Notes: generated by a model from the sequence alone, not told the origin. Positions 1-15,119 are shown, counted from the whole stretch's first letter. The stretch: 63,783 nucleotides of DNA, filler included, from Octopus bimaculoides (GCF_001194135.2; 5 parts of 5 records of this genome joined end to end with filler, not necessarily neighbours in it); one strand, 5' to 3'. Numbers and translations: made by a program.

Positions 1-887
1 TATATATATATACATATATACATATATATATATACACATAAACATATATATATATATATATATATATTATTTATATAGAAGTATATATATATATATATAT
101 GCACAGACATGCACGCACACACACACACACACACACTCACACGTTTATATATACATGCACATATAAAGAGAGAGGAAGTGGAAGAGAGAGGGAGAGGGAG
201 GTGCTAGATGCACAATAGGACCCAAACAAGTCTACATCTCTGTTTCTGAGTGTAAATGCAATGTGTATGCATGTAAGCACACATTCATGCTGACAAATAC
301 CGTTTTTTCTCTGCATTAAACTTTATGCAATACATGCATAGACCTTCCGATTTAATAAATAATTACACACTCGCGCGCACACACTTACACGCATGTACAG
401 GTATATATGTATATATGAGTGTATATATATATGAATACATTTACATCTATTTATTTAAATCTACATGTCTTTTTTTGCGTACATATATGTACATATCTCT
501 CCATCTATCTATCTCTTTGTCTATTGATCTATCCATTCCTTCCCCCAATCTCTCTATTTCTCTCTCACCCTCTCACTCTCTCTATACACACACACACACA
601 CACANNNNNNNNNNNNNNNNNNNNNNNNNNNNNNNNNNNNNNNNNNNNNNNNNNNNNNNNNNNNNNNNNNNNNNNNNNNNNNNNNNNNNNNNNNNNNNNN
701 NNNNNNNNNNNNNNNNNNNNNNNNNNNNNNNNNNNNNNNNNNNNNNNNNNNNNNNNNNNNNNNNNNNNNNNNNNNNNNNNNNNNNNNNNNNNNNNNNNNN
801 NNNNNNNNNNNNNNNNNNNNNNNNNNNNNNNNNNNNNNNNNNNNNNNNNNNNNNNNNNNNNNNNNNNNNNNNNNNATATATATATAT

Positions 888-943
<56 letters not shown>

Positions 944-1407
944 CACACACACATATGGTGTGTGCTCGCATTTACGTAGTACGGTAGTGATAACAGCGTA
1001 TACACGCACATAAATAAATAGATAATAAGGTAGATAGAGAGAGATGATTGATAAAATAGTTGATATTGTGTTGGTACAGAACAAAAGATATGCATCTTGC
1101 ATGAAAGGATGAAGCCATTGTTATCTTAACCTGATGCTCACTTGTAACTTTATTGTCGCCAGCTTGTTTAACAATTCAAAGAAGTTTTTTTTTATCATTT
1201 CTTTGTGATTAGTTATCGGGACTGCTTGATAGCTGAATTTCGTAAGGCGTTTGGACAAAATACCATGCGGTATTTCGTTGCTCTGTCAAGCTTGGAAGAG
1301 AAAAATCTTGGCAACCCTCTTATGTCAATAATAATAGCTGTCACCCTTTCTCTCCCTCGTTCACTTTCTCTTCCTGTCTGTCTCTCTCACTTTCTCTCCT
1401 CTCTCAT

Positions 1408-1469
<62 letters not shown>

Positions 1470-1780
1470 GCGCTGCGTTTGTGAGTAGGTTAGGTAGGCG
1501 AATATGTATATATTATGAAAGTTTTCTAAGACATACATTGAATTACAGAAACAAACACACTAACGCAACCTAACACACGCACAAGCAAACAAGCACACAC
1601 ACTCACACACACAGAGACAAACACAAGCACTCATGTATGTGCCTTTCTGAGGTAGATCCAGTGACAACGGTAAAAATAACGTGGATCACGTCAGGTAGCC
1701 ATAGGCAGTGAATGTGCTTCACTGGCTAACTACTAGGTTCGCCCCCAACGCCTAAGTAACTATACACACACACGCGCGCG

Positions 1781-1817
<37 letters not shown>

Positions 1818-2377
1818 AAAACAAACAGTCGCCCATGTATACCACACCACGACGTTATACAGGGGAATTGTTGCAAAGGTCGATACAGCTTTGCACCAGT
1901 AACGTTACAACGCATCCCGGCTGAGAATCGAACTCACTACCTCAAATTTCGGTTTCAAATTTTGGCGCAAGGCCAGTAATTTCTGGAGAGGGGGATTAGT
2001 TGCCCCGCCCCTTGTACACAATTGTTTGCTATTTCACCGACCCCGAGAGAACAAAAGGTAAAGTCGACCGTGGTGCAATTTGAACATCAGTAGCTTCAAA
2101 TGATTCTGCGAATGGTGCAAACAATTAATTAGAGATAAAAAGATTAATCACTTTCCATTGTCAACATTACTTTTCCATCTTCTTCTTCTTCTTCTTCTTC
2201 TTGACTATTAAAGAAGCGACAAATAATTTGCATAATTAATAATACCAGCAATGTTTGACAACCGGCTGATGGGATTGAACTACAGGGGTGGGTGAAGAAT
2301 CGAAGAATTATGGTAAGGAACCAGACAAAGGTTAAGGCAGAAAACATTGTGGCGGCACAAGTGATGTCATCATTAAA

Positions 2378-2470
2378 TGATGATGATGACGATGATGATG
2401 ATGACGATGATGATGGTGATGATTATGATGACGAAGATGATGATGGTGATAATGATGATGGTGGTGGTGA

Positions 2471-2505
<35 letters not shown>

Positions 2506-2621
2506 AAGAAGAAATAGAAGAAAGAAAAGGACAAATAGATGACGAAGACGACGATGACGATGACGAAGGAGAATAAGGGTGTGAAGAAGAAGAAGAAGAA
2601 GAAGAAGAAGAAGAAGAAGAA

Positions 2622-2668
<47 letters not shown>

Positions 2669-2790
2669 AGAAGATGAAGAAGAAGAAGAAGAAGAAAAAA
2701 AAGAAGAAGAATGAGAAGAAGCAAAGGTAGAACGTGTAGAAGAAAAAAAGGAAGAAAGGGAAGAAGAAAAACAACAACAACAACAACAAT
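2378..2790. repeat. Compound trinucleotide microsatellite (GAT/AGT/GAA/AAC)
   Basis: Direct reading; source of the poly-D/S/K ORF artefacts. Confidence 0.95.
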
Positions 2791-3144
2791 AAACAGTGTT
2801 AAAACAAACAGTGGTTGAATATTAAAAAAAATTGATTTGGAAAACCGTTTTTAAAGGTTAATCCACTTCATTATAATTATCCCTGTCATTGTTATCCTCC
2901 TCCACCTCCAACTCCACATCCTCCTCCTCCTCATCATCATCATCTTCATCATCGTCATCATCACCATCATCATCATCATCTTCTAGCGTCATGCTCTTTC
3001 CTTGTTAGGAAGTGCGAGTACGTATGCACGCGTGTGTATGTGTGTGTGTACGTGTGTGCCTTGTTTGTGTGTGTGGGGAGCTGTTTGTGCGTGTGTCTGT
3101 TTGTCTGTGTGTGTCTATGTGTGTGTGTGTGCATATGTGTGTGC

Positions 3145-3178
<34 letters not shown>

Positions 3179-3689
3179 TAGAAATGTTGCCGAATGTAAT
3201 TGGCGGTCTGGGCTAAAGATGAAAGTGACGCTGGCTGCAGTCTTTGTTTTATTTAAGTCCCTCCCAGTTTTTCACTTTTCGCTTATGGGCTAAGCTAAGA
3301 TGTTTTACTTCCTTCAGGGCTTTTCTCACATACACAGAGAACTACTTCCAATACCACACCTCATGCTATGACAGCCATCTTACTTGCTTTTCTTCTTATT
3401 GTATTTTATTTTTTATTGTCTTATATTATTCTTAGGGTTGTGTTTTTTTTTTGTATTTGTTCCCCCCCCCCCTCCTTTATCTTCTTTTCTGTTTTATGTT
3501 TTTCTCTTTTCGCCTCTTCGTTTTCCCTCTTTCGCTTGTTTTCTCTCCGCCTCTCTCTCTCTCTCTGTCTTCGCTCCTTCTCTACCCTTTTTTTTTCTTG
3601 TTCTTTTTCGTTTCTTTCTTAACCCCTCATTCTCGATTATCAAGACTAGCAACAGAAGCGTATCACAGTTGTCAGCACCACCGCCGACA

Positions 3690-3890
3690 CCACTACGCGC
3701 CCCACCACCACCATCATTATCATTCTTGTCGTCATCGTCATCATCAACATCGTCATCCCCATCATCGTTATCGTCGTCGACATCGTCATCATCACCATCA
3801 TCAACATCATCATCATCATTATCATTATCATTTTCATCGTCGTCAGCTTCGTTATCGTAGCCATCATCATCATCACCATCCTCATCATGC

Positions 3891-3929
<39 letters not shown>

Positions 3930-4085
3930 GTATCGTCATCATCATCATCATCATCAATATCATCGTCATCGTCATCGTCATCATCATCTTCATTCTCCTC
4001 ATCATCTTCATCCTCCTCCTCATCATCAGCATCATCATGTTCATCATGATCATCGTCATCATCATCAACATTATCGTTGTCATCA
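3690..4085. repeat. (CAT/CGT)n compound microsatellite
   Basis: Direct reading. Confidence 0.95.
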
Positions 4086-4958
4086 ACTACTACCTATTCC
4101 CTTTCCATCTAATCATTACCTTTAATTCATAGAGGGCCAAGACGTAAAAGAAGTGAATATATTTATTTAACTACTTGGCATCATTTGGATTACGGCCGTT
4201 TCGTAGCCTTCTGAATCCACATCTTATAGGCCAGCCTTTAAGTACAGAAGGTTACGGGATAAAAGAAATTGTACGGATACTGATGCTTTCTATTATAACA
4301 CAACGACAGAAATTTTGCAGATACCAGAGCTATTTAAGACGATACCACAGAGTCTATTTCTTGACTGAAACTCCCGGAGGTGGGGTGACAGGTTAAGTTT
4401 ACTGCAGTACAATTTGAACTCATAAAGAAGAGATACAACACAACAAGCCACAAAGTCATTTGTGCAACGCTTCAACGAATCTGTTAGGTAACTGTGTTAA
4501 TTTGGCTTTTAATCGTGTATTAATACGCTCTCATAATTCGATAGATGAAGTATTATTATTTGTTATATAACGAAAGATCAGTTTTATGTGCTGGAAGATC
4601 TTCAGAAATCTAACTGTTATTGTTGCTGGTGGTGGTGTTGTTATTGCTGATCTTGTTGATAGTGTTGTTGATGTTACTGTAGTTTTTACCCCTCCCCACA
4701 AATTAGCACTAATTAAGCAGACCTTTGACCTGCGTTTTTCCTCTCCTTTTTTTCTGTATCTGATGTGTTCTTCGTGTAAAACCATCGAGTTTAATTTGAA
4801 GGAGAGTGTGTTGCGATTTTTGGTAAGTAGAGGGATTGCATCGCTATTTCCTTGTTAGCACCAAGATTAATGTGGCTATTATACTTCTACATTTTATACT
4901 ATATAAGAAATATATAATGTATGTATATATTTGTGCCTATACACACACATATATTTAT

Positions 4959-5009
<51 letters not shown>

Positions 5010-5162
5010 NNNNNNNNNNNNNNNNNNNNNNNNNNNNNNNNNNNNNNNNNNNNNNNNNNNNNNNNNNNNNNNNNNNNNNNNNNNNNNNNNNNNNNNNNNN
5101 NNNNNNNNNNNNNNNNNNNNNNNNNNNNNNNNNNNNNNNNNNNNNNNNNNNNNNNNNNNNNN

Positions 5163-5232
<70 letters not shown>

Positions 5233-5237
5233 GTAGG

Positions 5238-5301
<64 letters not shown>

Positions 5302-5383
5302 GATGTGTTTCCTTTAGTTTTAGTGCTGTCTCGAGTCCTAGAAATCATAAATCCGGTTACCCACCTTCCACGAAAGTTGTGTT

Positions 5384-5414
<31 letters not shown>

Positions 5415-7047
5415 CTGTGTCTGTGTGTGTGTTTGTAAATAGATCGTCTCTATATACAATATATTAGTTGATAGAAGAATAGTGATCATTCGAACTAGTT
5501 TCAATCATGTGATGGACCATCTTTATCGTATCTGTACCCACTTGAAATTTTCGCGGTGATACAAAGCTGTAATTTCTAAGAGTTTAAGTAAATTAGACAA
5601 GTTTGCATTCATAACGCATGACTGGCAATATATACAATAATATATTGTAACATATAGCGTATTATATACAGTAAATTATATAGACCACGTTTTTATAACG
5701 TGTTGAATAAAATACTATTCACGTTAACGAGATACACAGTCACAAGTTTTTAGCAACGGTCTATTCATACATTATTGGCTAAAATCTATGAAAATATTCT
5801 GTGCTCCAATAAAACTTTGAAACAAATTGATGTTAATATTCCCAAGTTATTTAATCTATGATGAGATATCTTTCTTTAAGGTAATAGGCTGGCATTTGGT
5901 TGTTATTTCAAGCAGGTCTGAGGACAACGTAGAGGGTCCCGTGTGACATGTTTCTGTATGTATTTATTTAGTGTCACCCTCATTACACTAATCGAAATAA
6001 ATAATTCATTTCTTGATGTAGGTTAGCGGGTTAGCAGAAATGCAGAGAGTGATTGAATGTCGGATTAGAAACACTTTCATTGTAATACTAAATTTGGCCA
6101 TTCTACTTTCCTGTTTCATATCGCAAACAGACAATTCAAATATCTTCTTTCATCTCATTATTGCAGACTAAATGTGCTGTAGACATGTAAAACAGTTATC
6201 GCTTCGATCAGCTAACATCCTTTAGACGCAATTAAGGCGCATACAAATAAGTATTTGTCCTGTGATAACATCTCTTATGGGTATGCTGTGTGAAAACAAA
6301 GAAAATATCAGAGGGAAACAAATTCGTCCTAGCAGCGGCCAACGACCTGGCGCTCTCGCAGGCCACTATGGGAACGACTTTTCGGGACATATACAGTTGC
6401 AACAGGCCCAGCAACCCTGCGTATACTTTCAGTATGATATATACATTGTGCTGAAAAGATCTTGGCTTTAGGTAAAAGAAAATATGGGAGGTTCAGTTGA
6501 TTATGATTTTATCTAAGATATTCCGCTCTCAGATTCACACATTTATTGCTGCAGCCCTTCAGTTTTTCTAAGGCCTGTAAAAAAACTAAGGAAGTCGGGC
6601 CTCCAGCCAGACTTCTCGTGATATCCTAAAAGCCATAACTTTTCAACCACCCCCATCGTAGATGGCTATGTTTTCAACGGATTGAACAGGAATATCAAAT
6701 TTACGAAAAAGAGTGACAAATAAAGATCGATGTATTGATTAGATTGACATGTTAGTCTAGTTTACCCCGAAGCCGATCTAAGACACCACCTTGAAAAATC
6801 TTTTCTCCCTTCTAGTCTTCTTTCCCAATCACCGCTTGATCTGGCTTATATAAGGCTGAACTGATGTTCCTCATAATGAAAATCAGTTCAGCCATTATAC
6901 AGCCAGGTCTGACGGGGATTGACTATTTTATCTAGTGTTCTCCTAGTTACAGCGCACTCTATAGAACAGTACTGAAATCAATCTCGGTTTAATTAATTAA
7001 TGAATTTATTCATTTATTTATTCAATTATTATTTTACATCTATTCGT

Positions 7048-7421
7048 TTACTTCCTTCAGTCATTTCACTGCGGCTTTGCAGGAGCAGCGCCTTGAAAGA
7101 TTTTAGTAAAAAAAATCTCCCAGGACTTATTTTTAAAGCCTACTACTCATTCTATCGTTCTGTTTTGCCGAACCGCTATCTTACGGGTATGTAAATACAC
7201 CAATACTGGTTGTCAAACAGTGTCGGGGGGGGGGGACAATTACAGACACAAATATACATACACGGTGCGGTTTTTTCAGTTTCCGTCCCCCAAATTCATT
7301 CACATGACTTCAGTCAGCCTGAGGCTATGGTAAAAAAAACACTTGTTCAAGTTGTCACGCTGTGCGACTGAACCCACAACCATGTGGTAGGGAAGCAAGT
7401 TTCTTACCACACAGCCACACC
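7048..7421 (-). mobile_element. tRNA-derived SINE family A
   Basis: Head ggtgtggctgtgtggtaag...ggttcagtc; shared body and tail with the other copies. Confidence 0.8.
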
Positions 7422-8374
7422 TTTTTTATGTATGTTTCGTTCTTGACAGCAGCAACCCTGTGATGATGCATTTCGGTCATCGAGCTTTTCAGTTAACTTA
7501 CCTGCTTAAGGGTTTCATCCACCAATCGAACCTCTTTATCGCAGAATGTTATCAAGGCTGCTCTATACGTCTGACACTCCCTTGTTTTTAGTTTACCTCA
7601 CGATTCGGTAATGGCTCCCAAAGTGTGTATTTGATTCAATGCCCTTTTAACTGCCACCTCTGAAAATGCAAACGTTGTTCCACACGATATCTTATTCACT
7701 CTTCTTTAACGTTCGAAACGTAGGCATCAACCACACGCAGTCTTAGCTTTCTCACGCTTGACCTGGCATATCTTTATAGACAGAGAATTACTTCGTAAAC
7801 CTTCGTGGAAAGGGAGACAAACCTATCGTGTAAGAATTCACTCATGTATTTATTCTTGGTGCTGGGGATTGCTGACTTAAAGTTACACTAGATCAAACGA
7901 CTTGGAACAGTTAATTAACAATAATCACGTTTCTTAATGAAACCTTGTCTTAATCGGTTATGTCTGGTATTTATGTATTTTTATCGCAAGCGGCGATGAA
8001 CAATAGATTTGGCTTCGCATATGAATGAAAGATGTTTTGTATTCAGCAATTTCTAAGTCAGAAACATCATATAATGAAAGATATAACACTCGTAAATAGT
8101 TCATTTTAATGCTGGTGTCACATGCAAACATATGAAACGCTGTCATAGCATTTACAAGGGCTACTATTTGGCGACCGCTTACAGGCGTCGTAGTTAACTC
8201 GTGTACAAACTTATTCATTTTCTAATATATCACTTCACAAATGAAAGCACACCGGACCTAAAAAGGCTGATAAACCGCAACAAAGTCCAACAATACTCAC
8301 ATTATTACGTTGCATAGACATCTTGTGTGCGGTTGCGGCTGGTCACTGGAAATACCATAGGCCTACAATTTCGA

Positions 8375-8545
8375 GGGATGAATAATTGGATTACATTGAG
8401 CCCAGTGCTCAACCGGTACTTATTTGATCGACCCCAAAATGATGAAAGATAAGGTTGACATCGTTGGAATTTGACTTTATGATATTAGAACGGACGAAAT
8501 GCACTTAAGCATTTTACCTGACGTGCTAACGATTCTTTCAAGTAA
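8375..8545 (-). mobile_element. SINE family B
   Basis: gatcgacccc..gatgaaag..aagttgacatcg..ggaatttga...gtgctaacgattc. Confidence 0.7.
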
Positions 8546-8644
8546 AACGCCCTGTATGGATTAATCATATCAAGTATAAAATACCTCAATTTGCTCCAGT
8601 ATTTAATATTGGTATTGCATATTCTGCATTTAATTTGGACTGGT

Positions 8645-8850
8645 TTTAGTGATTAGACTGTGGTCATTTTGGGGCAGCGCCTTGAAGGACTTCTAGTGGA
8701 ATAAATTTACCCCAGAATTTATTTTATAGATAACTAACTGAATCGCTGAGGTGCATGGGGTAAACACATCAACACCGTTCGTCAAGCAGTGGTGAGTGAC
8801 AAACACAGACACAAAAACATACATACATAAATGTATATATATATATATAT
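8645..8850 (-). mobile_element. SINE family A, 3' half (runs into gap)
   Basis: gactgtggtc...cagcgccttgaagg...acaaacacagacac. Confidence 0.65.
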
Positions 8851-9587
8851 NNNNNNNNNNNNNNNNNNNNNNNNNNNNNNNNNNNNNNNNNNNNNNNNNN
8901 NNNNNNNNNNNNNNNNNNNNNNNNNNNNNNNNNNNNNNNNNNNNNNNNNNNNNNNNNNNNNNNNNNNNNNNNNNNNNNNNNNNNNNNNNNNNNNNNNNNN
9001 NNNNNNNNNNNNNNNNNNNNNNNNNNNNNNNNNNNNNNNNNNNNNNNNNNNNNNNNNNNNNNNNNNNNNNNNNNNNNNNNNNNNNNNNNNNNNNNNNNNN
9101 NNNNNNNNNNNNNNNNNNNNNNNNNNNNNNNNNNNNNNNNNNNNNNNNNNNNNNNNNNNNNNNNNNNNNNNNNNNNNNNNNNNNNNNNNNNNNNNNNNNN
9201 NNNNNNNNNNNNNNNNNNNNNNNNNNNNNNNNNNNNNNNNNNNNNNNNNNNNNNNNNNNNNNNNNNNNNNNNNNNNNNNNNNNNNNNNNNNNNNNNNNNN
9301 NNNNNNNNNNNNNNNNNNNNNNNNNNNNNNNNNNNNNNNNNNNNNNNNNNNNNNNNNNNNNNNNNNNNNNNNNNNNNNNNNNNNNNNNNNNNNNNNNNNN
9401 NNNNNNNNNNNNNNNNNNNNNNNNNNNNNNNNNNNNNNNNNNNNNNNNNNNNNNNNNNNNNNNNNNNNNNNNNNNNNNNNNNNNNNNNNNNNNNNNNNNN
9501 NNNNNNNNNNNNNNNNNNNNNNNNNNNNNNNNNNNNNNNNNNNNNNNNNNNNNNNNNNNNNNNNNNNNNNNNNNNNNNNNNNNNNCA

Positions 9588-9885
9588 GTTACGCAGTGGG
9601 GTCTATATAATCGACTTAATCCGTTTTTTCTGTCCTTGTTTGCTCCCTCTGTGTGTAGCCCCTTGTGGGCAGTAAAGAAATAAGAAACGTTAACAAGCCC
9701 GGGCGAAACGCTTAGCGCTATTTCGTCTGTCTTTATGTTTTGAGTTCCAATTCTGCCGAAGTCGACTTTGCCTTTCATTCTTTCGGGGTCGAAAAATTAA
9801 GTACCAGTTGCATACTGGAGTCGATCTCATCGACTGCCCCCCCCCCACCACACAGATTTCGGGTCTTCTCCCTAGAGCAGAAAAA
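9588..9885 (+). mobile_element. SINE family B
   Basis: gaaacgttaacaagcccgggcgaaacgcttagcg...gtcgactttgcctttcattc. Confidence 0.85.
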
Positions 9886-10138
9886 TATATTATTCAATGT
9901 CTCCTAAATTTTTTCAAATGGTAGGGAGTAAGTCGAGAGTGACTTGACTAATATTTCTAGCCTTTTGAAATACCATAAACACGCTCTTACTCTGGATTGT
10001 ACGTAAAATATAACCTTAGACGAAAATGCCTACAAAAAGTAAATATTCCCATTGTAGAGAGGTTCCAAATGCTGTGTTATTGTTGCTGAGGCTATTGTTG
10101 TTGTTATTGTTATTGTTATTTTTGCTTCTGTTGTTGCA

Positions 10139-10205
<67 letters not shown>

Positions 10206-11919
10206 TAGTAGTAGTAGTAATTGTCGTCACCGCGCTGATTTACTGTTAACAGAATTGCTGCCATAAGAGCTCGTCCTTTTGGAGGCGTCCAACGTCGGGT
10301 GCCATTTATAAGACTTTTATGCGTGTTATGAGGTAGGCTCTAACTGCCTACAATTACATGCAGATATAGCAGCTGCGTCGAGGCAAACTCGGCGATTCAC
10401 AATACAGCCTTCACTGTTTTCTGTTGAGTCACACAAGTTTTATTATTTACGATATGACAAAAAAAAAAAAGTTTCAAACTTTTCACTATGACAATATTAT
10501 TGAAATGGATGAGATATTTCGAGTATAGATGTATAGAAAATGAATAAATTTATTCTCATACCTGATGTAAATTCATTTTATATCTATATAATGCGTTGGT
10601 TGGTTGGTTGGCTGGTCGGTGTAAAACGAGGAAATATTCATATGTATAACATACATAATAGGACGTGTATATTGAAATATGAAAAAAAAGGATGTAAAAT
10701 GTAAGAATGAGAATCACATGCATGCAACTCAGTGCCAAGCAAATAATTCGAAATGTCATGTTGTATCCAGACAAGTTAAATGAATTATGAATACACATAA
10801 TTTTTGGCAGCGTACCAAAATATTATTAAGGACATTCTCCTGTACACTTCGTCTTTTACGTATTCTTTTCTCGCACGAAAATAGCCAACATTATATTATT
10901 AGATCATTTAAGTAGTTCTTCTAGCTTTAGAGAACTCAGATTGCGTTCATTGTATGATAAGTTCATCGTTAGATCTATATATTTAATAGTGGGGGAGGGG
11001 ATGTTTGGTGGTGGAGGTGGAGGTGGTGGTGGTGGTGATGGTGGTGGTGGTCGTGGTGGTGGTCGTGGTGGGGAAATAGTGATCTTATAAGTATGAAATA
11101 TATCTTTGAGGTACAACAAACAAACATGGAAAAAAAAAAGAAAAGAAAAGGANNNNNNNNNNNNNNNNNNNNNNNNNNNNNNNNNNNNNNNNNNNNNNNN
11201 NNNNNNNNNNNNNNNNNNNNNNNNNNNNNNNNNNNNNNNNNNNNNNNNNNNNNNNNNNNNNNNNNNNNNNNNNNNNNNNNNNNNNNNNNNNNNNNNNNNN
11301 NNNNNNNNNNNNNNNNNNNNNNNNNNNNNNNNNNNNNNNNNNNNNNNNNNNNNNNNNNNNNNNNNNNNNNNNNNNNNNNNNNNNNNNNNNNNNNNNNNNN
11401 NNNNNNNNNNNNNNNNNNNNNNNNNNNNNNNNNNNNNNNNNNNNNNNNNNNNNNNNNNNNNNNNNNNNNNNNNNNNNNNNNNNNNNNNNNNNNNNNNNNN
11501 NNNNNNNNNNNNNNNNNNNNNNNNNNNNNNNNNNNNNNNNNNNNNNNNNNNNNNNNNNNNNNNNNNNNNNNNNNNNNNNNNNNNNNNNNNNNNNNNNNNN
11601 NNNNNNNNNNNNNNNNNNNNNNNNNNNNNNNNNNNNNNNNNNNNNNNNNNNNNNNNNNNNNNNNNNNNNNNNNNNNNNNNNNNNNNNNNNNNNNNNNNNN
11701 NNNNNNNNNNNNNNNNNNNNNNNNNNNNNNNNNNNNNNNNNNNNNNNNNNNNNNNNNNNNNNNNNNNNNNNNNNNNNNNNNNNNNNNNNNNNNNNNNNNN
11801 NNNNNNNNNNNNNNNNNNNNNNNNNNNNNNNNNNNNNNNNNNNNNNNNNNNNNNNNNNNNNNNNNNNNNNNNNNNNNNNNNNNNNNNNNNNNNNNNNNNN
11901 NNNNNNNNNNNNNNNNNNN

Positions 11920-11966
<47 letters not shown>

Positions 11967-12684
11967 CGCAGACGCACGCACACATATATAATTATATACA
12001 TATACTCATATTCGCACACGCACGCACGCATATGCACACGTTTGTATATTTGTTCAGTTAATACTTTCTCCCTATCTATTCACAGATATAAATTGAAGGA
12101 CCGAATGGGGAACGTAACAAAACTAAAATACAATACTTACCTGCAAATTACTTTCACAGACAAACACAAACAGCACAGCCTATCCTACCAGCATTCACAC
12201 TCAGGATAAACAAGACATTCTACGATAAACAACAACAGACTTTGAAAATCTCAATTTATAACATATTCTTTCAAGGAATCCTTTATACTGAATTAAAATA
12301 AAAAAACAAAACAATATAAAACAATATATATTATATTATGACATGTCATATTCATTATGATATATATGTATGTAAAACGTGATGAAATATAGAAGTGAGG
12401 TTTTAAATATATGAATGATTCATATTACGTATTATACTAAAGCTGTCCCCTGAAAACAAAAGGTTTTATTGTGTCGAATCACAAATTACCAGTATTTACT
12501 GATAATTATTTCTTGAAGATTTCTAAATTATGTGTGTATGTATCAAACGTGTGCACGTATCAATGTGTATATGTATGTATGTTTTCTTCCCTTTTAAATT
12601 ATTTGAATTCTTCTTCGGAGAAAGAGGTACTTTCTGACAAAGATACAAAGCTCTCACAGGAATGTACGAAAAGCAAAGTATATT

Positions 12685-12935
12685 AAAAATCTGAGAAAAG
12701 TCTTGCATATAATCACTGGTCCATGTATTCACTCTTAGTATGTTGGTTGATTTCTCTTTGTGAAAGCTCTAGCTTATCCTCTTATCCACATCGTCAGAGA
12801 GGCATTTACTCACAAAGCCAGGAGCACCAACTATTATTGGTATAAATGTGAATTTATAATCTGGATGTAGAAGCTGGAGGTTTCGAACCAGTTGCCAATA
12901 GTTACCTACATTCTCTTTGATTTCAAATAGATATG
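12685..12935 (-). mobile_element. NeSL/HERO-like RLE LINE C-terminal fragment
   Basis: QLVRNLQLLHPDYKFTFIPIIVGAPGFVSKCL...GPVIICKTFLRF*. Confidence 0.65.
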
Positions 12936-12967
12936 TGCGTACATGCGAACGTTCGGATGTATGTATT

Positions 12968-13002
<35 letters not shown>

Positions 13003-15119
13003 TAGCAAACGCACTCGTCCTTTGGATGGTTTATGTTGCTTTGGTGATATTTTTTCATCAGATAAGTAGAGCTACTGAAGTGTTTTGAGAGTAGAATACG
13101 TGGAATGACTACAAAATATAATTGTTTCACATGAAAGCGAAATTTCCTGGGAGAAACAGCCACATAAATGGTGTAATGAAATTGAAGGAAGACGTTGAAA
13201 CTTATCATGTGCCAGTCTTTTTTTTTTTAACAGAATGGAAGTTATTTTCTCGAAGAGTTAAGCTAACAAAAGCTCCTTTATTCTGCCTTCCCACATAACC
13301 TGCGCATAAACTAACAGTAAATAACCCATAAACCTAAATTGGTAGAGCTTTCGCTATAACGATTTTGGAAGCAAAACTCTTATTTAAAGGTTGGTTCTTT
13401 AGGACAAATCATATGTGATTGTTTAAAAAAAAAGGCTAGAAAGACTATGGTAAGACGTATCTGAAACAATGGAAATAACATAATGGATGAGTAAATAAGC
13501 ATCCTTAAAGTGAAACAACGCAATGACAGGTAAACGAATGTATCAGCAAATAGAAAAGAGGAAATACATCACCTTTCAAATAACTGAGAATAGGTAAAGG
13601 TAAGCTTGCCAAAGTTTAATGCAGTTTAAATATGGAAATTAAGATTGTTTGGTATTGGATATTCTTGGCTAACAGTGTACATAGTTAATTTAATGACCGT
13701 GGCAGGTGGACAGTCGAAATAGATAAATAGACAAAATCCATTCACTTTTATAAAAAAGATTCAAAATGTATGGAAGACCCTACATACAAACAACTACGTC
13801 CATTTAGGTCCAATCAGGGTTACCTTCGAGCACAATCAGAATTATACAGCCAGTGGCAGGGCTGGATCTTTGATTTACTGTCAAGGTCAATCTAATGAGC
13901 TTCAACACAGTTTCCCTCGACTTAATTTCACTTGAAAGGCTTGAGCAGACTTTAGGTTATAGTAAAAATACTTGACAAGGTTCCATGCTGAGAATCGAAC
14001 CCAGAAACTTATGACTAGAAAGCGAGAATCTAAACTATTCAGTGATGTATTTGCAAGGCTTTTAATCTACCGCTAAAAGGATTTTATTTGTTTCTATTGG
14101 CGAACGGCTTTTGTTTAACCTGACCCACCATATTACGAAAACGATTAACGAACATCCCCGAGGGATTAAATGTAAATAAAACTCGGTGTGGTTTGAATTC
14201 ATTGTATTCGAATGTTGTTAAAGACAGACAGAAATATTGATCATTGACATGGACATACGTAGGCGAATATATATGGGAAGCTTGCGTTTCATTCAATTGA
14301 TCTCACTATGAATTATAATTAGTTTATGTATCCAGATTGAATAAAAGGAAAATTGATCCCGCCTGAGCGTATGTCTAACTCTCTATACCTTCTGTTACTT
14401 CGCCACAATTAAAAAAGTATAATAAAAGCGCCTATATTCTTTACACTTTACAAACAAGTAAAAAAGAATTGATGAAACGAAATGCCAGTCAACTTACTAG
14501 GGTAGATTTAATCGATGAACATTGATGTCTCCCTGACAGTTTCAATCATTGAAATTATTGCTGAGAATTTCGATCAAATCGTTTTAATTTTGCTTGAGGT
14601 TCATAGACAGATGTGATTGCAAACTTCAACGACTCGTGAATAACAGAATATTCGAAAGGCAGGTATTATTCAAAGGCATAAGGATGGAACAATACTACAC
14701 AGATTATATAATTAAGGGAAAATGTGACGTATGTTGTACCGAACGGATCCACTTAAAGTACAAAGAAACTGAAGCGAGGCAGCCTCAATCTGGTCGTTCT
14801 ATTTGTTGTAAATGGAAAATAAATTTACTTCAGATTGTAACGTATTGTCTTGAAAAGAAAGCAATCCATATGTATTTTGATAGTGTAGTCCTAGATACAA
14901 AAATCCAGACAAAATAATCAGATATCTACGATTAACAGGCCAGTTGTAACAAGGCTGCTTACAGTGAGCTGACCATGGGCTAAAAACAATAACAACAACA
15001 ACAGTATATATTCTTAGGCAGTGTTTGAATACCTTACTCTTTTTTAAGCCATATGCCTTGTTAGCTTTACTAAGCGTTAGCTAACACACACACACATACG
15101 CTAACTCACTCATTCACAC

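Noticed and set aside
2208-2279. Minus-strand terminal-exon candidate (FNPISRLSNIAGIINYANYLSLL*)
   Set aside because: No homology recognised; cannot be chained to other exons with support.
6232-6471. GC-richer short ORFs on both strands
   Set aside because: No recognisable domain or consistent exon boundaries.
7655-7730. CTGAAAATG...CGAAACGTA possible Penelope HHR
   Set aside because: Core mutated and stems I/II poor.
325-12209. Long ORFs containing X runs and YI/CV/HT/poly-amino-acid tracts (also at 27.8-28.8, 33.9-35.1 and 42.2-44.0 kb)
   Set aside because: Artefacts of N gaps and microsatellites.
14594-14917. 107-aa plus-strand ORF
   Set aside because: No motif or splice context; within chance expectation.
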